Notes under the pieces: model-generated
Told to the model about the DNA's origin: nothing
What the model saw: the letters and a program-made list of their open reading frames with translations, nothing else
Database searches by the model: none
In this document: positions 26,316 to 34,800 of the stretch, piece after piece
Numbering within the stretch: the stretch's first letter is position 1
Layout of the letters: each line of letters starts with the position of its first letter
Program-made: the position numbers and the translations under genes
IMG/VR virus record: IMGVR_UViG_3300032332_000594
Location: 1 to 54,933 of that record
Source of the DNA: a virus
Taxonomy: Duplodnaviria > Caudoviricetes
DNA length: 54,933 nucleotides
Direction: 5' to 3' (one strand)

Positions 26316-27902
26316 CTATGGTTGATTGTTCTGTAGGAATCTTAGAAGACTTCCTACCGTTAAGTCAACTCCGCCTTTAGCGTTGACTCCCTTACCGTCA
26401 ATAACCGCATTGGCTACTGCACTTTTCTGTAAAAGAACTTCATGTTGGCGCTCTTCGATAGTTCCCTTAGACAGCATGTCTTGGACAACTACCGATGGCC
26501 ACCTACTAGATGCTCGCCTTATTCTACTGTTCCTCTGTACCGCCGAGCCACTGCTCCATGGGAGGTCGTAATTAATGAGAAGATTAGCCTGAGGAAGGTC
26601 CACCCCATACCCGCCAGCATCAGAACTAATGAGCACACGAACGTTTGGATTAGTTTGGAAATTAGTCTTAGCAATCTCTTTCTCCTTCGCGTTCATTTTT
26701 CCAGTGTAGATTTCAGAGCCGTATGGTACTGAATCTTGGATTAAAGAAACCATGTCTACATACGTAGTAAAGATAACTACTTTAGCCTCAGGGTCGGTAT
26801 CCAAATGGTCTTTTACGTAAGCGCTAAGAGCCGTAAGTTTTGGCGAGCCAATAGTATCTAACTCACTCAATAATGTTTGATCTAAAATGTTTGCCAAGTA
26901 CTGATTACCCCCATTAAGAGAGTTCGCTTTCTTAGCACTTGTGGCTACAAGTTTTGGGTGGTCTGACAACATCCTAAGAGCAGTTACCTTGCTCATGATT
27001 GACCCACGAATAGCATCGGCTGGACCGGCGTAAGTAGAACCATCCCCGTAGTGAGCGGTCAAAGAGAACGCACCCCCTAGTAAATCTTGAGCCTCTATCA
27101 ACTCACCAATTAAGTCTGAGCAAATCTGGCGGTAAAGAGCAGACGCTTTTTTATGCAAAGGAATGATAAGAGGTGGACGATGACACATGTCCGGCAAGTA
27201 AGGAGCGACGTCTGGGTCATTCTGAGACTTTCTAACTGTTGCTTTTTGTAAAGTCCTATTAAGGGAAGGAAGGTTTTTGTAGCGCTCTACTCCCCCAAAA
27301 TGGTTTCTTACAATGTACTCCTCATCAAAGATGTCAAACCTTCCAAGAACCTTGGGGTTAACAAATTGCATGATAGAAAAAATTTCTTCGGGTCGCCCAT
27401 TCTCAATAGGGGTCCCAGTCAGAGCAAACTTAATGTCAATTATTTTTGACAATTCTTTAATCTTTTTTGAACGCTTGGCTTTGAATGATTTAATGGCGGT
27501 AGCCTCATCACAAATCATTGCTGATAGTGGGAGAGACTTAATCTGGTCCCAATCATTAACTACTGCTTCGTAGTTAACAATTACATAGTCAATGTTATTA
27601 AAGGCCCAATTACGAACTAACTCGTACTGTTCGTGGCGCTTTGTCCTATTACCATCAATAACTATTGCGTTTGAGTTAGAGAACTTTTCAATTTCTTTTT
27701 GCCATTGGTATTTAAGGCTGGACAATGCAACCACTAGTACAGGTAACGAGATATCTCCACTGTCCATTAACTTCTCAGAAGCGGCAATAGCCATACAAGT
27801 CTTTCCTAGACCCATCTCATAAGCAACAAGCATCTGCTTAGTAGCAACCATGTCATCTACAGCAGACTCTTGATATGGCTTAAGAGTACCGATAAAAGTC
27901 AT
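26316..27902 (-). CDS. SNF2-family (SF2) helicase/ATPase
   Basis: LKPYQ, EMGLGKT, DEAT, LTGTP, G.GVDL and QRNSRIRR motifs. Confidence 0.93.
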   Translation of the reverse strand: MTFIGTLKPYQESAVDDMVATKQMLVAYEMGLGKTCMAIAASEKLMDSGDISLPVLVVALSSLKYQWQKEIEKFSNSNAIVIDGNRTKRHEQYELVRNWAFNNIDYVIVNYEAVVNDWDQIKSLPLSAMICDEATAIKSFKAKRSKKIKELSKIIDIKFALTGTPIENGRPEEIFSIMQFVNPKVLGRFDIFDEEYIVRNHFGGVERYKNLPSLNRTLQKATVRKSQNDPDVAPYLPDMCHRPPLIIPLHKKASALYRQICSDLIGELIEAQDLLGGAFSLTAHYGDGSTYAGPADAIRGSIMSKVTALRMLSDHPKLVATSAKKANSLNGGNQYLANILDQTLLSELDTIGSPKLTALSAYVKDHLDTDPEAKVVIFTTYVDMVSLIQDSVPYGSEIYTGKMNAKEKEIAKTNFQTNPNVRVLISSDAGGYGVDLPQANLLINYDLPWSSGSAVQRNSRIRRASSRWPSVVVQDMLSKGTIEERQHEVLLQKSAVANAVIDGKGVNAKGGVDLTVGSLLRFLQNNQP

Positions 27903-28003
27903 TCCCAATCCTGAATGTAGTACACACCTGTACGGGTAGCATCTTCACCTTTTTTGACGCCCATTGCCCAACGGTAGATAAGCCCATAAACTTTTTCAAG
28001 CAT
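27899..28003 (-). CDS. 34-aa peptide (not in ORF track)
   Basis: MLEKVYGLIYRWAMGVKKGEDATRTGVYYIQDWE; fills the gap with ATGA coupling. Confidence 0.55.
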   Translation of the reverse strand: MLEKVYGLIYRWAMGVKKGEDATRTGVYYIQDWE

Positions 28004-28178
28004 TCTTTTTTCTTTCTTTTAGTACCTGCTTGTAAACTTCAATTCTTTCTTTAGCCCACTCTTTGTATTCCAAACTAGTAGTGGGGTCTTCTAAAACTTG
28101 TCGAAATAATTTAAGTTCTTTTTTAAGGAATTCGTTAGTAACGAATTGAAATGGGATTTCATTGTTGTAAGAAATCAT
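27996..28178 (-). CDS. hypothetical protein
   Basis: 60-aa ORF in a packed gene run. Confidence 0.6.
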   Translation of the reverse strand: MISYNNEIPFQFVTNEFLKKELKLFRQVLEDPTTSLEYKEWAKERIEVYKQVLKERKKNA

Positions 28179-28350
28179 CGCTTAATCCTTCACTTTCAAT
28201 AAACTCTTTGTAAGAAGCATTCTCTTCTTCTAGTTTATTTACTTTATTAGTAAGACGAGTAATCATTGCGCCCATCTCATGACGAGTCATCAAGCCTTTT
28301 TCTTTGCACTCATCCTCTGTAGGTTCAAACAAATCGTAGTAATTGCCCAT
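28159..28350 (-). CDS. hypothetical protein
   Basis: AGGAG RBS. Confidence 0.7.
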   Translation of the reverse strand: MGNYYDLFEPTEDECKEKGLMTRHEMGAMITRLTNKVNKLEEENASYKEFIESEGLSDDFLQQ

Positions 28351-28352
28351 GG

Positions 28353-28739
28353 TTATTCTCCTAAAGTTACAACTTTAATGATACCTGATGAAGCAATGAG
28401 TTTGGAACACCCTGAGCAAGGCTGGCCTGTGATGTAAATACTTGCCTCTTGCAAGTCATTCCAATCTGCTCGCAGAAGGGCATTGGACTCTGCGTGAGTT
28501 GACCAACACAAGTCATAATCACCTTTAAAATGCTGAGATGAACCATCCAAGGCTCTAGGGCATTGCCCGGTTGAACCGCAAGACCGAGTATCTCCTGCAG
28601 GTGTTCCGTTGTACCCTGTTGAGATAATCTTATGTTCTTTAACTACTACGGCTCCATGCTGGGCACGTACGCAATCCCCACGGGCTGACACGGCTTTAGC
28701 AATTCCTAAGTAATAAGAATCCCAATCAGGACGATTCAT
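28353..28739 (-). CDS. dCMP deaminase
   Basis: RPDWDSY, STGYNG, HAESNA and PCSGC motifs. Confidence 0.93.
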   Translation of the reverse strand: MNRPDWDSYYLGIAKAVSARGDCVRAQHGAVVVKEHKIISTGYNGTPAGDTRSCGSTGQCPRALDGSSQHFKGDYDLCWSTHAESNALLRADWNDLQEASIYITGQPCSGCSKLIASSGIIKVVTLGE

Positions 28740-28845
28740 TTTGTTTAGACTTTCTATTTAACAGATAGTTAAGAACCCCAACGGTGCAGTTAATGCTGAC
28801 ACACAGCAAAATAGCAATTTCCGTTACGCTAGACGCTAGTTTCAT
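28726..28845 (-). CDS. 39-aa putative membrane peptide (not in ORF track)
   Basis: Hydrophobic core with basic tail; fills the intergenic gap. Confidence 0.45.
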   Translation of the reverse strand: MKLASSVTEIAILLCVSINCTVGVLNYLLNRKSKQNESS

Positions 28846-29089
28846 TACTATTCCATTTTTCTAATACTATGACGCTACTTATTGACTGTGCATAAACAAG
28901 GTCTAAGTCAAATACACGAACACCGTCAGTAAAGTGCAAGTAGGTCTGCTCACCCTCTTTGTTCGTAGGAACATGCATGTACCTACCTTCCATTGCGCCT
29001 TTTGCATCTTTATCAGACAGGAACTCAATGCGAATTAAGTCACCATTGTGTAAGTCGTCTAAAATGCTGGACATTTCAGATGCTTTCAT
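28829..29089 (-). CDS. hypothetical protein
   Basis: 86-aa ORF. Confidence 0.7.
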   Translation of the reverse strand: MKASEMSSILDDLHNGDLIRIEFLSDKDAKGAMEGRYMHVPTNKEGEQTYLHFTDGVRVFDLDLVYAQSISSVIVLEKWNSNETSV

Positions 29090-29216
29090 TCCTGCTCACA
29101 CTCTTCACATTCAAAAAACTCAACATCAACAAAGGAACCTGAACCAACAGTTGAGTACCATGCTAGTGGTTTTGAGTCTTTTAGATTTTCTTTTACAACT
29201 GGCTCAATGTTCATCC

Positions 29217-29426
29217 CTACTCACCGTCTAACGCTTTGATAGTTGGACATGGGTAAATGGCTAAACATTCTTCACAAAACTCTGCAATTTCAGTTTCTTG
29301 AATGTGCAACTCACGCACACGTTGGATGGCTTCAGTCTTTTGCTTGTTTAGTTCCATGTACTGAACAGCAGTTGCGTTCCAATTCACTTCACCAACATCA
29401 ATAGTTTCAATTTTGTCACTCATCAC
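29217..29426 (-). CDS. small zinc-binding protein, paralog of 29423-29635
   Basis: RELH...CEEC...YPCPTIKALDGE. Confidence 0.8.
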   Translation of the reverse strand: MMSDKIETIDVGEVNWNATAVQYMELNKQKTEAIQRVRELHIQETEIAEFCEECLAIYPCPTIKALDGE

Positions 29427-29635
29427 TTCTCACCATCTAACGCTTTAATAGTTTCGCATGGCCAATGACCCCATACGCCAAAGTCATTATCGCCATAACA
29501 CTCTTGGCAAAATGTCCCTTCTAGTCCGGGCACTTGTGGCTTGTGCAACTCACGAATGCGCTGGGCTAAGTCGTCTGCGCCCTCTTTCCTAGCAACACCA
29601 CAGCCCCTACATCCACAGCGAATCTCGTCAGCCAT
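29423..29635 (-). CDS. small zinc-binding protein
   Basis: RELH...CQEC...WPCETIKALDGE. Confidence 0.8.
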   Translation of the reverse strand: MADEIRCGCRGCGVARKEGADDLAQRIRELHKPQVPGLEGTFCQECYGDNDFGVWGHWPCETIKALDGEK

Positions 29636-29855
29636 TTAACGCATTCTCTAACTCAATTGAATGGGACAGACAAACGTCGCAAATTTGTCCACGATACTCT
29701 TTGCACTGTTTCATTTCGTCAACAATTTTACGAACAGATTGGATAACTTCTTTAAGTTGATGAACTTGTGCCCATAAATCTTTATCTTCTGGATGAGGTG
29801 ATTGAGGGGCTAGTTCTCTTTGTTTCATTTCTCTATGGTTGATGTAGTCGCACAT
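29628..29855 (-). CDS. small Cys-containing hypothetical protein
   Basis: AAGGAA RBS; CDVC. Confidence 0.7.
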   Translation of the reverse strand: MCDYINHREMKQRELAPQSPHPEDKDLWAQVHQLKEVIQSVRKIVDEMKQCKEYRGQICDVCLSHSIELENALNG

Positions 29856-29867
29856 TTACTGTTCCTT

Positions 29868-30845
29868 TTAACTAATGAAAGCACTCTTACCGTACACCAT
29901 GTGGCGAGCGGTATCAATACTGACATGAATCTGAGAGTCAGTCATACTTCCGATATCTTTATTAGTTGTATCGCCGTAGTTCAAGAAGTACGCTTCGATG
30001 TTGTACTTACGGCACATGTCTAATAAATACTCTGACGCTTTTAACCCAGCAGTATCGTAGTAAGGGTTATCCATAGCAATAATTACCTTCTCTGCTTGGC
30101 GCAAAAGTTTTACTTGCTCCACGCTCACTGAAGCGCCGAATGATGCAACCCCGTTAGGGATACCTGCGGTGTGTAACCTTAGAGCATCTAGCGGAGACTC
30201 CACAAGCACAAGTTGATCTTTCTGTACTTTATCAAAACCAAATAAAGTAAGAGACTTCTTTACACCTGTAGGTCGGTTTTTGAAATACCTGTCTTTCTCA
30301 CCCTTTTCCTGCCAGCCCCACAACTTACCTGTCTCAGGGTTTCGGATAGGGGTAATCCAACAGTTCAATTTGTTGTCCCACTTAACGCCATAATACTCAG
30401 CAGATTCTTCAGACAACCCGCGCTTATCTAAGGCCCATGCTGGGGGAGCGTCATAAACAGCCAGTCGAGCCTCTGACATAGGGATTACATCTACAGACCG
30501 GACATACTCGGGCGCACGCTTTAGCATCAGAGCAAGGTCTTCTACTGACAGTGCGGCGTTAGTAGTTAACCACTCTTTGGCTGCGTCATAGTCGACTACA
30601 TCTGCCACACCCCAAGTTACTCTGAACTTCTTAACATCAGAGACAAGAGTAATGAGGCTACCTTTGTAACCACACGAGAAACAGATGTGAACGCCAGTAT
30701 CTTTATTAATTGACCACGATGGGTTGTTATCTTGCTTCCCAGTACGCTCAACATGCATGGGGCAGTGCGCAAGAATCTCGGAGCCACGCTCTGATAATGA
30801 GGAAATGTTTAAGGCTGCTAATGCCTTTTCTACGTCGGTTACCAT
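29868..30845 (-). CDS. dnaG: DnaG-type primase (CHC2 zinc finger + TOPRIM)
   Basis: CPMH...CFSC; VES..D and MDN....D.AG; adjacent to helicase. Confidence 0.92.
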   Translation of the reverse strand: MVTDVEKALAALNISSLSERGSEILAHCPMHVERTGKQDNNPSWSINKDTGVHICFSCGYKGSLITLVSDVKKFRVTWGVADVVDYDAAKEWLTTNAALSVEDLALMLKRAPEYVRSVDVIPMSEARLAVYDAPPAWALDKRGLSEESAEYYGVKWDNKLNCWITPIRNPETGKLWGWQEKGEKDRYFKNRPTGVKKSLTLFGFDKVQKDQLVLVESPLDALRLHTAGIPNGVASFGASVSVEQVKLLRQAEKVIIAMDNPYYDTAGLKASEYLLDMCRKYNIEAYFLNYGDTTNKDIGSMTDSQIHVSIDTARHMVYGKSAFIS

Positions 30846-32098
30846 GTCGTACCGCTAAATGACGATGAGCATTCCGGACACTTTGCCATAAGCGACTCTT
30901 CGTGGAAGCAACCTGTCTCCCAACGCCATGTCAAGGTAGTCTCTGAAGGACCGCAGTTACGACTTGCAACAATCTTAAGTACGCGAACTTCTTCGTCTTC
31001 TTCAATAGGCTCTAGACCAAAAATAACATCCGAGTCTTGGAAGAAGGAGGATGAGTAACCGATACTATCTGCGGATACCTTCCCACCCTTCATCTTCCAC
31101 AACAACGTCTGTGTAGTAATAACTACTGGAATGTCCATACGTTGAGCAAGGCGCTTCAACCCTCGTGTAATGTTTGTAATCGCTTGAGGGGTGTTCATGT
31201 CTCCAGTTACTTCGTCAAGCATCAGGTACACACCGTCTACAAATACAACATCTGGTTTCAACTGGTCGATCTTTGCTGACAAAGAAGAAACGGTCAAACC
31301 ATTGACAGCGTCTACAAGATGGAACGGTTTTTTAAGAGCCATAGTTGAAAGCATCTTTTTAAACCGACCCTCTTCACTTGTGGTCAACTTTCCACGGCGT
31401 AACCTGTTGTGTGAAATCTTAGAACGCATAGCATCGTGACGCTGTTGCTGTTCGCGGTTGTTCATCTCAAAAGATTGAAACATAACAGTAAAGTCCTGCT
31501 CGTGACAGTTCACTGCCATCTGCAAAGCAATCTGTGACTTACCTGTCTTAGGCGGAGCAATCAGAGTTACCAACTGACCTTTTTGCAAACCAGCAGTTGC
31601 TTCATCCATCTTCTCAAATCCTGTAGGAATTCCAAGGAAGGTGTTACTACCTAGGTCCAAGTAATCTTGGAAACGGTCATCTGGAGAAACGGTCAAGTCT
31701 GTTTCGTTGGTTCCGGGAACGCCCTCGGAGTTAACTACTGAGACCGCCTTCTCCATAGCAATCAAAGCGGCTTCGTGATCGTTGCTTGTCAGGTTAGTAA
31801 GCGCAACCTCAAGACCTTCTCGGGTCTTCATACGACGGCGGAAAGCCACCATCTGGTCAATCAAGTAATCGATTGAATCCTCTACATCGAACAACCGATA
31901 GTTAGGGAAGTTATCTTTAACAGCAACACCTGTAGGCACCTCGCGGTAACGGCTGTAATGCTCACGAATAAACACCCACACAGCACGATTGATTTCATCT
32001 AAGAACCAATCATCACCAATGTTGTGCTGTAAAACAGAAGAGATAGACCTATCCCGAATTACTTTGCTGATTAGCCTTGCTTCGTTATCAACCGCCAT
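30839..32098 (-). CDS. dnaB: DnaB-family replicative helicase
   Basis: GIPTGF..MD, APPKTGKS, SFEM, FVDG, LKRLA and QDSD motifs. Confidence 0.94.
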   Translation of the reverse strand: MAVDNEARLISKVIRDRSISSVLQHNIGDDWFLDEINRAVWVFIREHYSRYREVPTGVAVKDNFPNYRLFDVEDSIDYLIDQMVAFRRRMKTREGLEVALTNLTSNDHEAALIAMEKAVSVVNSEGVPGTNETDLTVSPDDRFQDYLDLGSNTFLGIPTGFEKMDEATAGLQKGQLVTLIAPPKTGKSQIALQMAVNCHEQDFTVMFQSFEMNNREQQQRHDAMRSKISHNRLRRGKLTTSEEGRFKKMLSTMALKKPFHLVDAVNGLTVSSLSAKIDQLKPDVVFVDGVYLMLDEVTGDMNTPQAITNITRGLKRLAQRMDIPVVITTQTLLWKMKGGKVSADSIGYSSSFFQDSDVIFGLEPIEEDEEVRVLKIVASRNCGPSETTLTWRWETGCFHEESLMAKCPECSSSFSGTTW

Positions 32099-32504
32099 TT
32101 AAATACTCCATATCAATTCCCCAAGACCCATAGCGAGCAAGACGTTCAGGGACGTCTACTACTCCGCGTACATCTCGTCTAAAAGGAAGTTCATCTACTA
32201 GTTCTTGCACGTCGCTGTAAGCAACAACATAATTAAAAGGGTTAGTACCCCGGTTAGTCAAACTATCAAACGCATCGTCCATGTAGGCTTGGTCGAATCC
32301 AAAACTTGCCAACTCATAAGTGACCCCGACGTTTTCACTAAAACGCCAAAGAGCAGCCAGCGCACGCATGTCCCACGTAAATGTAGTTTCGCTCTTGCGC
32401 TTTACTCCAAGAACTTTTTTTGTCACGGTCTCTGAAGTACTAACAACGTCAAGCGTCACTACAAAACGTGGCGGGACTTCATTTGAAATGTCCCCGTTTT
32501 TCAT
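32088..32504 (-). CDS. hypothetical protein, possible degenerate HAD fold
   Basis: FVVTLDVV N-terminal strand; VVD near the C-terminus. Confidence 0.5.
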   Translation of the reverse strand: MKNGDISNEVPPRFVVTLDVVSTSETVTKKVLGVKRKSETTFTWDMRALAALWRFSENVGVTYELASFGFDQAYMDDAFDSLTNRGTNPFNYVVAYSDVQELVDELPFRRDVRGVVDVPERLARYGSWGIDMEYLNGG

Positions 32505-32812
32505 AAGACTTCGATGTATCCGTTATGAATTACGAAAGCCCTGAACGTAGCCGAAGACTCATTTGCAAGTTCTACCTCTTCATCAGTTACATCAGAAAGA
32601 ACAGGGATACTGTAATCGCCATCGCCTTCTTCTGTATGTGACTTAACAAACTTAGTGTGCTTACAAGCCTTGCGTGTAACAAAGGTATTGCAGTCACACT
32701 TAAGTTCATTAGTGTCCAAGTTAACCTGAACCTCAGATACTTGATACATAGTTGCTGAAATGAAAAATTGAACAGTGCGCCATTTGGAAGTACTCACTTT
32801 GTTACCTTTCAT
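32501..32812 (-). CDS. SWIM-type zinc-finger protein
   Basis: CDC...F....CKH. Confidence 0.75.
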   Translation of the reverse strand: MKGNKVSTSKWRTVQFFISATMYQVSEVQVNLDTNELKCDCNTFVTRKACKHTKFVKSHTEEGDGDYSIPVLSDVTDEEVELANESSATFRAFVIHNGYIEVL

Positions 32813-33537
32813 TAGAAACCTATCCTTAAATCGTCACCCTTGATTGAAAGTCGAACGAAAGCCTCGTGAGCAAAACTTGCCATTGCTGGGGAGTACTTAG
32901 CGTCCCAATCTTCTAATCGTACATTCGTTGTAATGATAGTTGGAAACCCTTTATCGTAGCGACTTCGCAAGACTTCATCAAACGATGCGTCAGTGTATTT
33001 TGAACCGTATTCCTTACCTAAATCATCTAACACAAGTACCCTTACGTTCAGCCAGTCCTCACGCGATCTTCCGTGTATACCTTCCATCTCGCGAGTAAGG
33101 TTTTTGAGTTCTTCCCCATCTGCCTCAATCAGAGCCTTCTTTCTTGAAAGAAACTCAGAGAAAGTCAGGTAGTAAATTGGACGAACTCCCAACCCAAAGG
33201 TTGTTGCTGAGTACCCTAAAATCTTACGCATCTCTTCTTCATCATCAGGTAGTTCACGTACAAACTCTTGGAGAGTAACTACAGCGTGAGTAGTCTTGCC
33301 TAGTCCGGGGGTTCCGTCAAATAACAGTCCGACCCCTGTAGTACCTAGCCCTCCGACCTTTCGAATAACGCTTCCTTCCATGACTAAATCTAGCCATGAA
33401 GAAACCTGCTTAGGAAAAGAACCTGTATCTTCGATGATGCGCTCCTTACCTACACCGATGAATCGGTTAGGGATGTTAGATGTTCGCATAATCCAATGCT
33501 TCTTGTAGCCGTGCAAAGTGTCTAAATCGTAGTTCAC
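32812..33537 (-). CDS. DnaC/IstB-like AAA+ ATPase (helicase loader)
   Basis: GTPGLGKT, LVLDDLGKE and RY....PTIITTN motifs. Confidence 0.9.
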   Translation of the reverse strand: MNYDLDTLHGYKKHWIMRTSNIPNRFIGVGKERIIEDTGSFPKQVSSWLDLVMEGSVIRKVGGLGTTGVGLLFDGTPGLGKTTHAVVTLQEFVRELPDDEEEMRKILGYSATTFGLGVRPIYYLTFSEFLSRKKALIEADGEELKNLTREMEGIHGRSREDWLNVRVLVLDDLGKEYGSKYTDASFDEVLRSRYDKGFPTIITTNVRLEDWDAKYSPAMASFAHEAFVRLSIKGDDLRIGF

Positions 33538-34517
33538 TACTGCCCCTTGGTTAGTTGTTCCTCGTGCTTCTTCAAGAAAGCACGACCAGCGATGGTGTTA
33601 TCAAACTCAGTTCCGTCTGATGCGGTTAGTACTACAGACTGAACTTCAGATGGAACAGTAGCCGTTACTCCTGCTTTATGCAAACCTAGTTTTTCGTGAG
33701 CGTAATTCAAATGAGTCCTGAACATGCCTAAGTACTTCTTGTACAAGTGCGGAACCTTGTCACCAACGTCGCGGAAAGAATCCTCGTCTGCAAGGAATGC
33801 GTGCAAGATTTCAAGTTCCACCATAGGAGTAATCCCGTACTGCTTGCGTTGCTTGGCTAGAGCCAAAGCAAGATTGCGCTGGTTCACGATTCCCGGAGCC
33901 CACGGAATCTTCTTACCAACCTCATAGGCAAACTCTGCAGCAGTATCTGCTGGGAGCCACTCCTCTTTAGGTCGACGCCAACGAGTCTTAGGGTCTGACT
34001 TCCTAGGTGCTGGCTTACTATCCTCTTTTGGTTCTAGTAAACCGAAACCGCCAATGTCATCTCCGTCGTCGTACTTTACTGCCATAGCATTCCCTACTTC
34101 CTGTTTGTCACCACTTCGGGGGCGCAGCCCCCTATAGTAATACGTAGTATTACTATTCCTGACTAATTTAGTCTTATGACTATAGTCTTGACTATTAGCC
34201 ACAGTAGCCACATAGTCACCTGTTGCTGTGTCACCCATGACACTCTGGCTCTCTACCAGAGTTGCACCAGTGACACCCTGTAATACGTACTTTGAAGGCC
34301 CTTGGTAGCCCCCTGCCAATCTCGTGTGCAGAACTTGGACCAGACCATGTGATTCCAGCCCCCTGAGTGCCCTCAGCACAGTGGAGCGGGACTTGTTACC
34401 TGTCCAGAGACCTAGGTCCTCACAGCGAGCCTCCACGGCCTGCTCAGAGCCTGCTAGGGCCTGTAATGTGTGTAAAAGCCTGAACTCATAGTCCGTAAGG
34501 TTTTGAAATGGAATCAT
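33537..34517 (-). CDS. putative replication initiator with N-terminal winged HTH
   Basis: SRSTVLRALRGLESHGLV; directly upstream of loader, helicase and primase. Confidence 0.7.
   Translation of the reverse strand: MIPFQNLTDYEFRLLHTLQALAGSEQAVEARCEDLGLWTGNKSRSTVLRALRGLESHGLVQVLHTRLAGGYQGPSKYVLQGVTGATLVESQSVMGDTATGDYVATVANSQDYSHKTKLVRNSNTTYYYRGLRPRSGDKQEVGNAMAVKYDDGDDIGGFGLLEPKEDSKPAPRKSDPKTRWRRPKEEWLPADTAAEFAYEVGKKIPWAPGIVNQRNLALALAKQRKQYGITPMVELEILHAFLADEDSFRDVGDKVPHLYKKYLGMFRTHLNYAHEKLGLHKAGVTATVPSEVQSVVLTASDGTEFDNTIAGRAFLKKHEEQLTKGQ
34118..34276. repeat. cluster of inverted and short direct repeats (candidate replication origin)
   Basis: ATAGTAATAC-GTA-GTATTACTAT, GACTA/TAGTC pairs, TAGCCACA x2 and GTGTCA-N4-TGACAC. 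Confidence 0.6.
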
Positions 34518-34529
34518 GTAGTTCTCCAG

Positions 34530-34787
34530 TTAAAGGCGTCGGTTAGGTACTCTTACTGCTCTTGTTTCTAGCACATAGATTGTGGATAGTGCAATAAAGG
34601 CAGAAGCCAAAGAACCTATCACAAGTTTGCTACTGGTGTACCCGAGTAAGTAAATAGAAGGAAGCGCCAAGGCTTCTAGTAACAACCCGCGCCAAACCCC
34701 AATGTCTAATACAAAGTTTTCAAATGCACCGACTACAAAAGAAATAGCCAGTGAAACAACAATAATTGTAATTAATAAATCGCTCAT
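34530..34787 (-). CDS. small multi-pass membrane protein (holin-like topology)
   Basis: Three hydrophobic segments and a basic C-terminus; ATG lies 7 nt after TAGAGT with no RBS. Confidence 0.6.
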   Translation of the reverse strand: MSDLLITIIVVSLAISFVVGAFENFVLDIGVWRGLLLEALALPSIYLLGYTSSKLVIGSLASAFIALSTIYVLETRAVRVPNRRL

Positions 34788-34800
34788 GGCGATTACTCTA

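Noticed and set aside
28793-28807. 15-nt exact inverted match to the promoter region at 49896-49910
   Set aside because: It is antisense within a coding run and lacks a properly spaced -10; a few such matches are expected by chance in 55 kb
29086-29213. Frame interrupted by two TGA codons before a CEEC motif (possible recoding)
   Set aside because: TGA is a normal stop throughout the window; more likely a short or decayed ORF
34530-34787. Definite holin or lysis cassette
   Set aside because: Topology fits, but no adjacent endolysin was recognised, so it is kept only as a membrane protein
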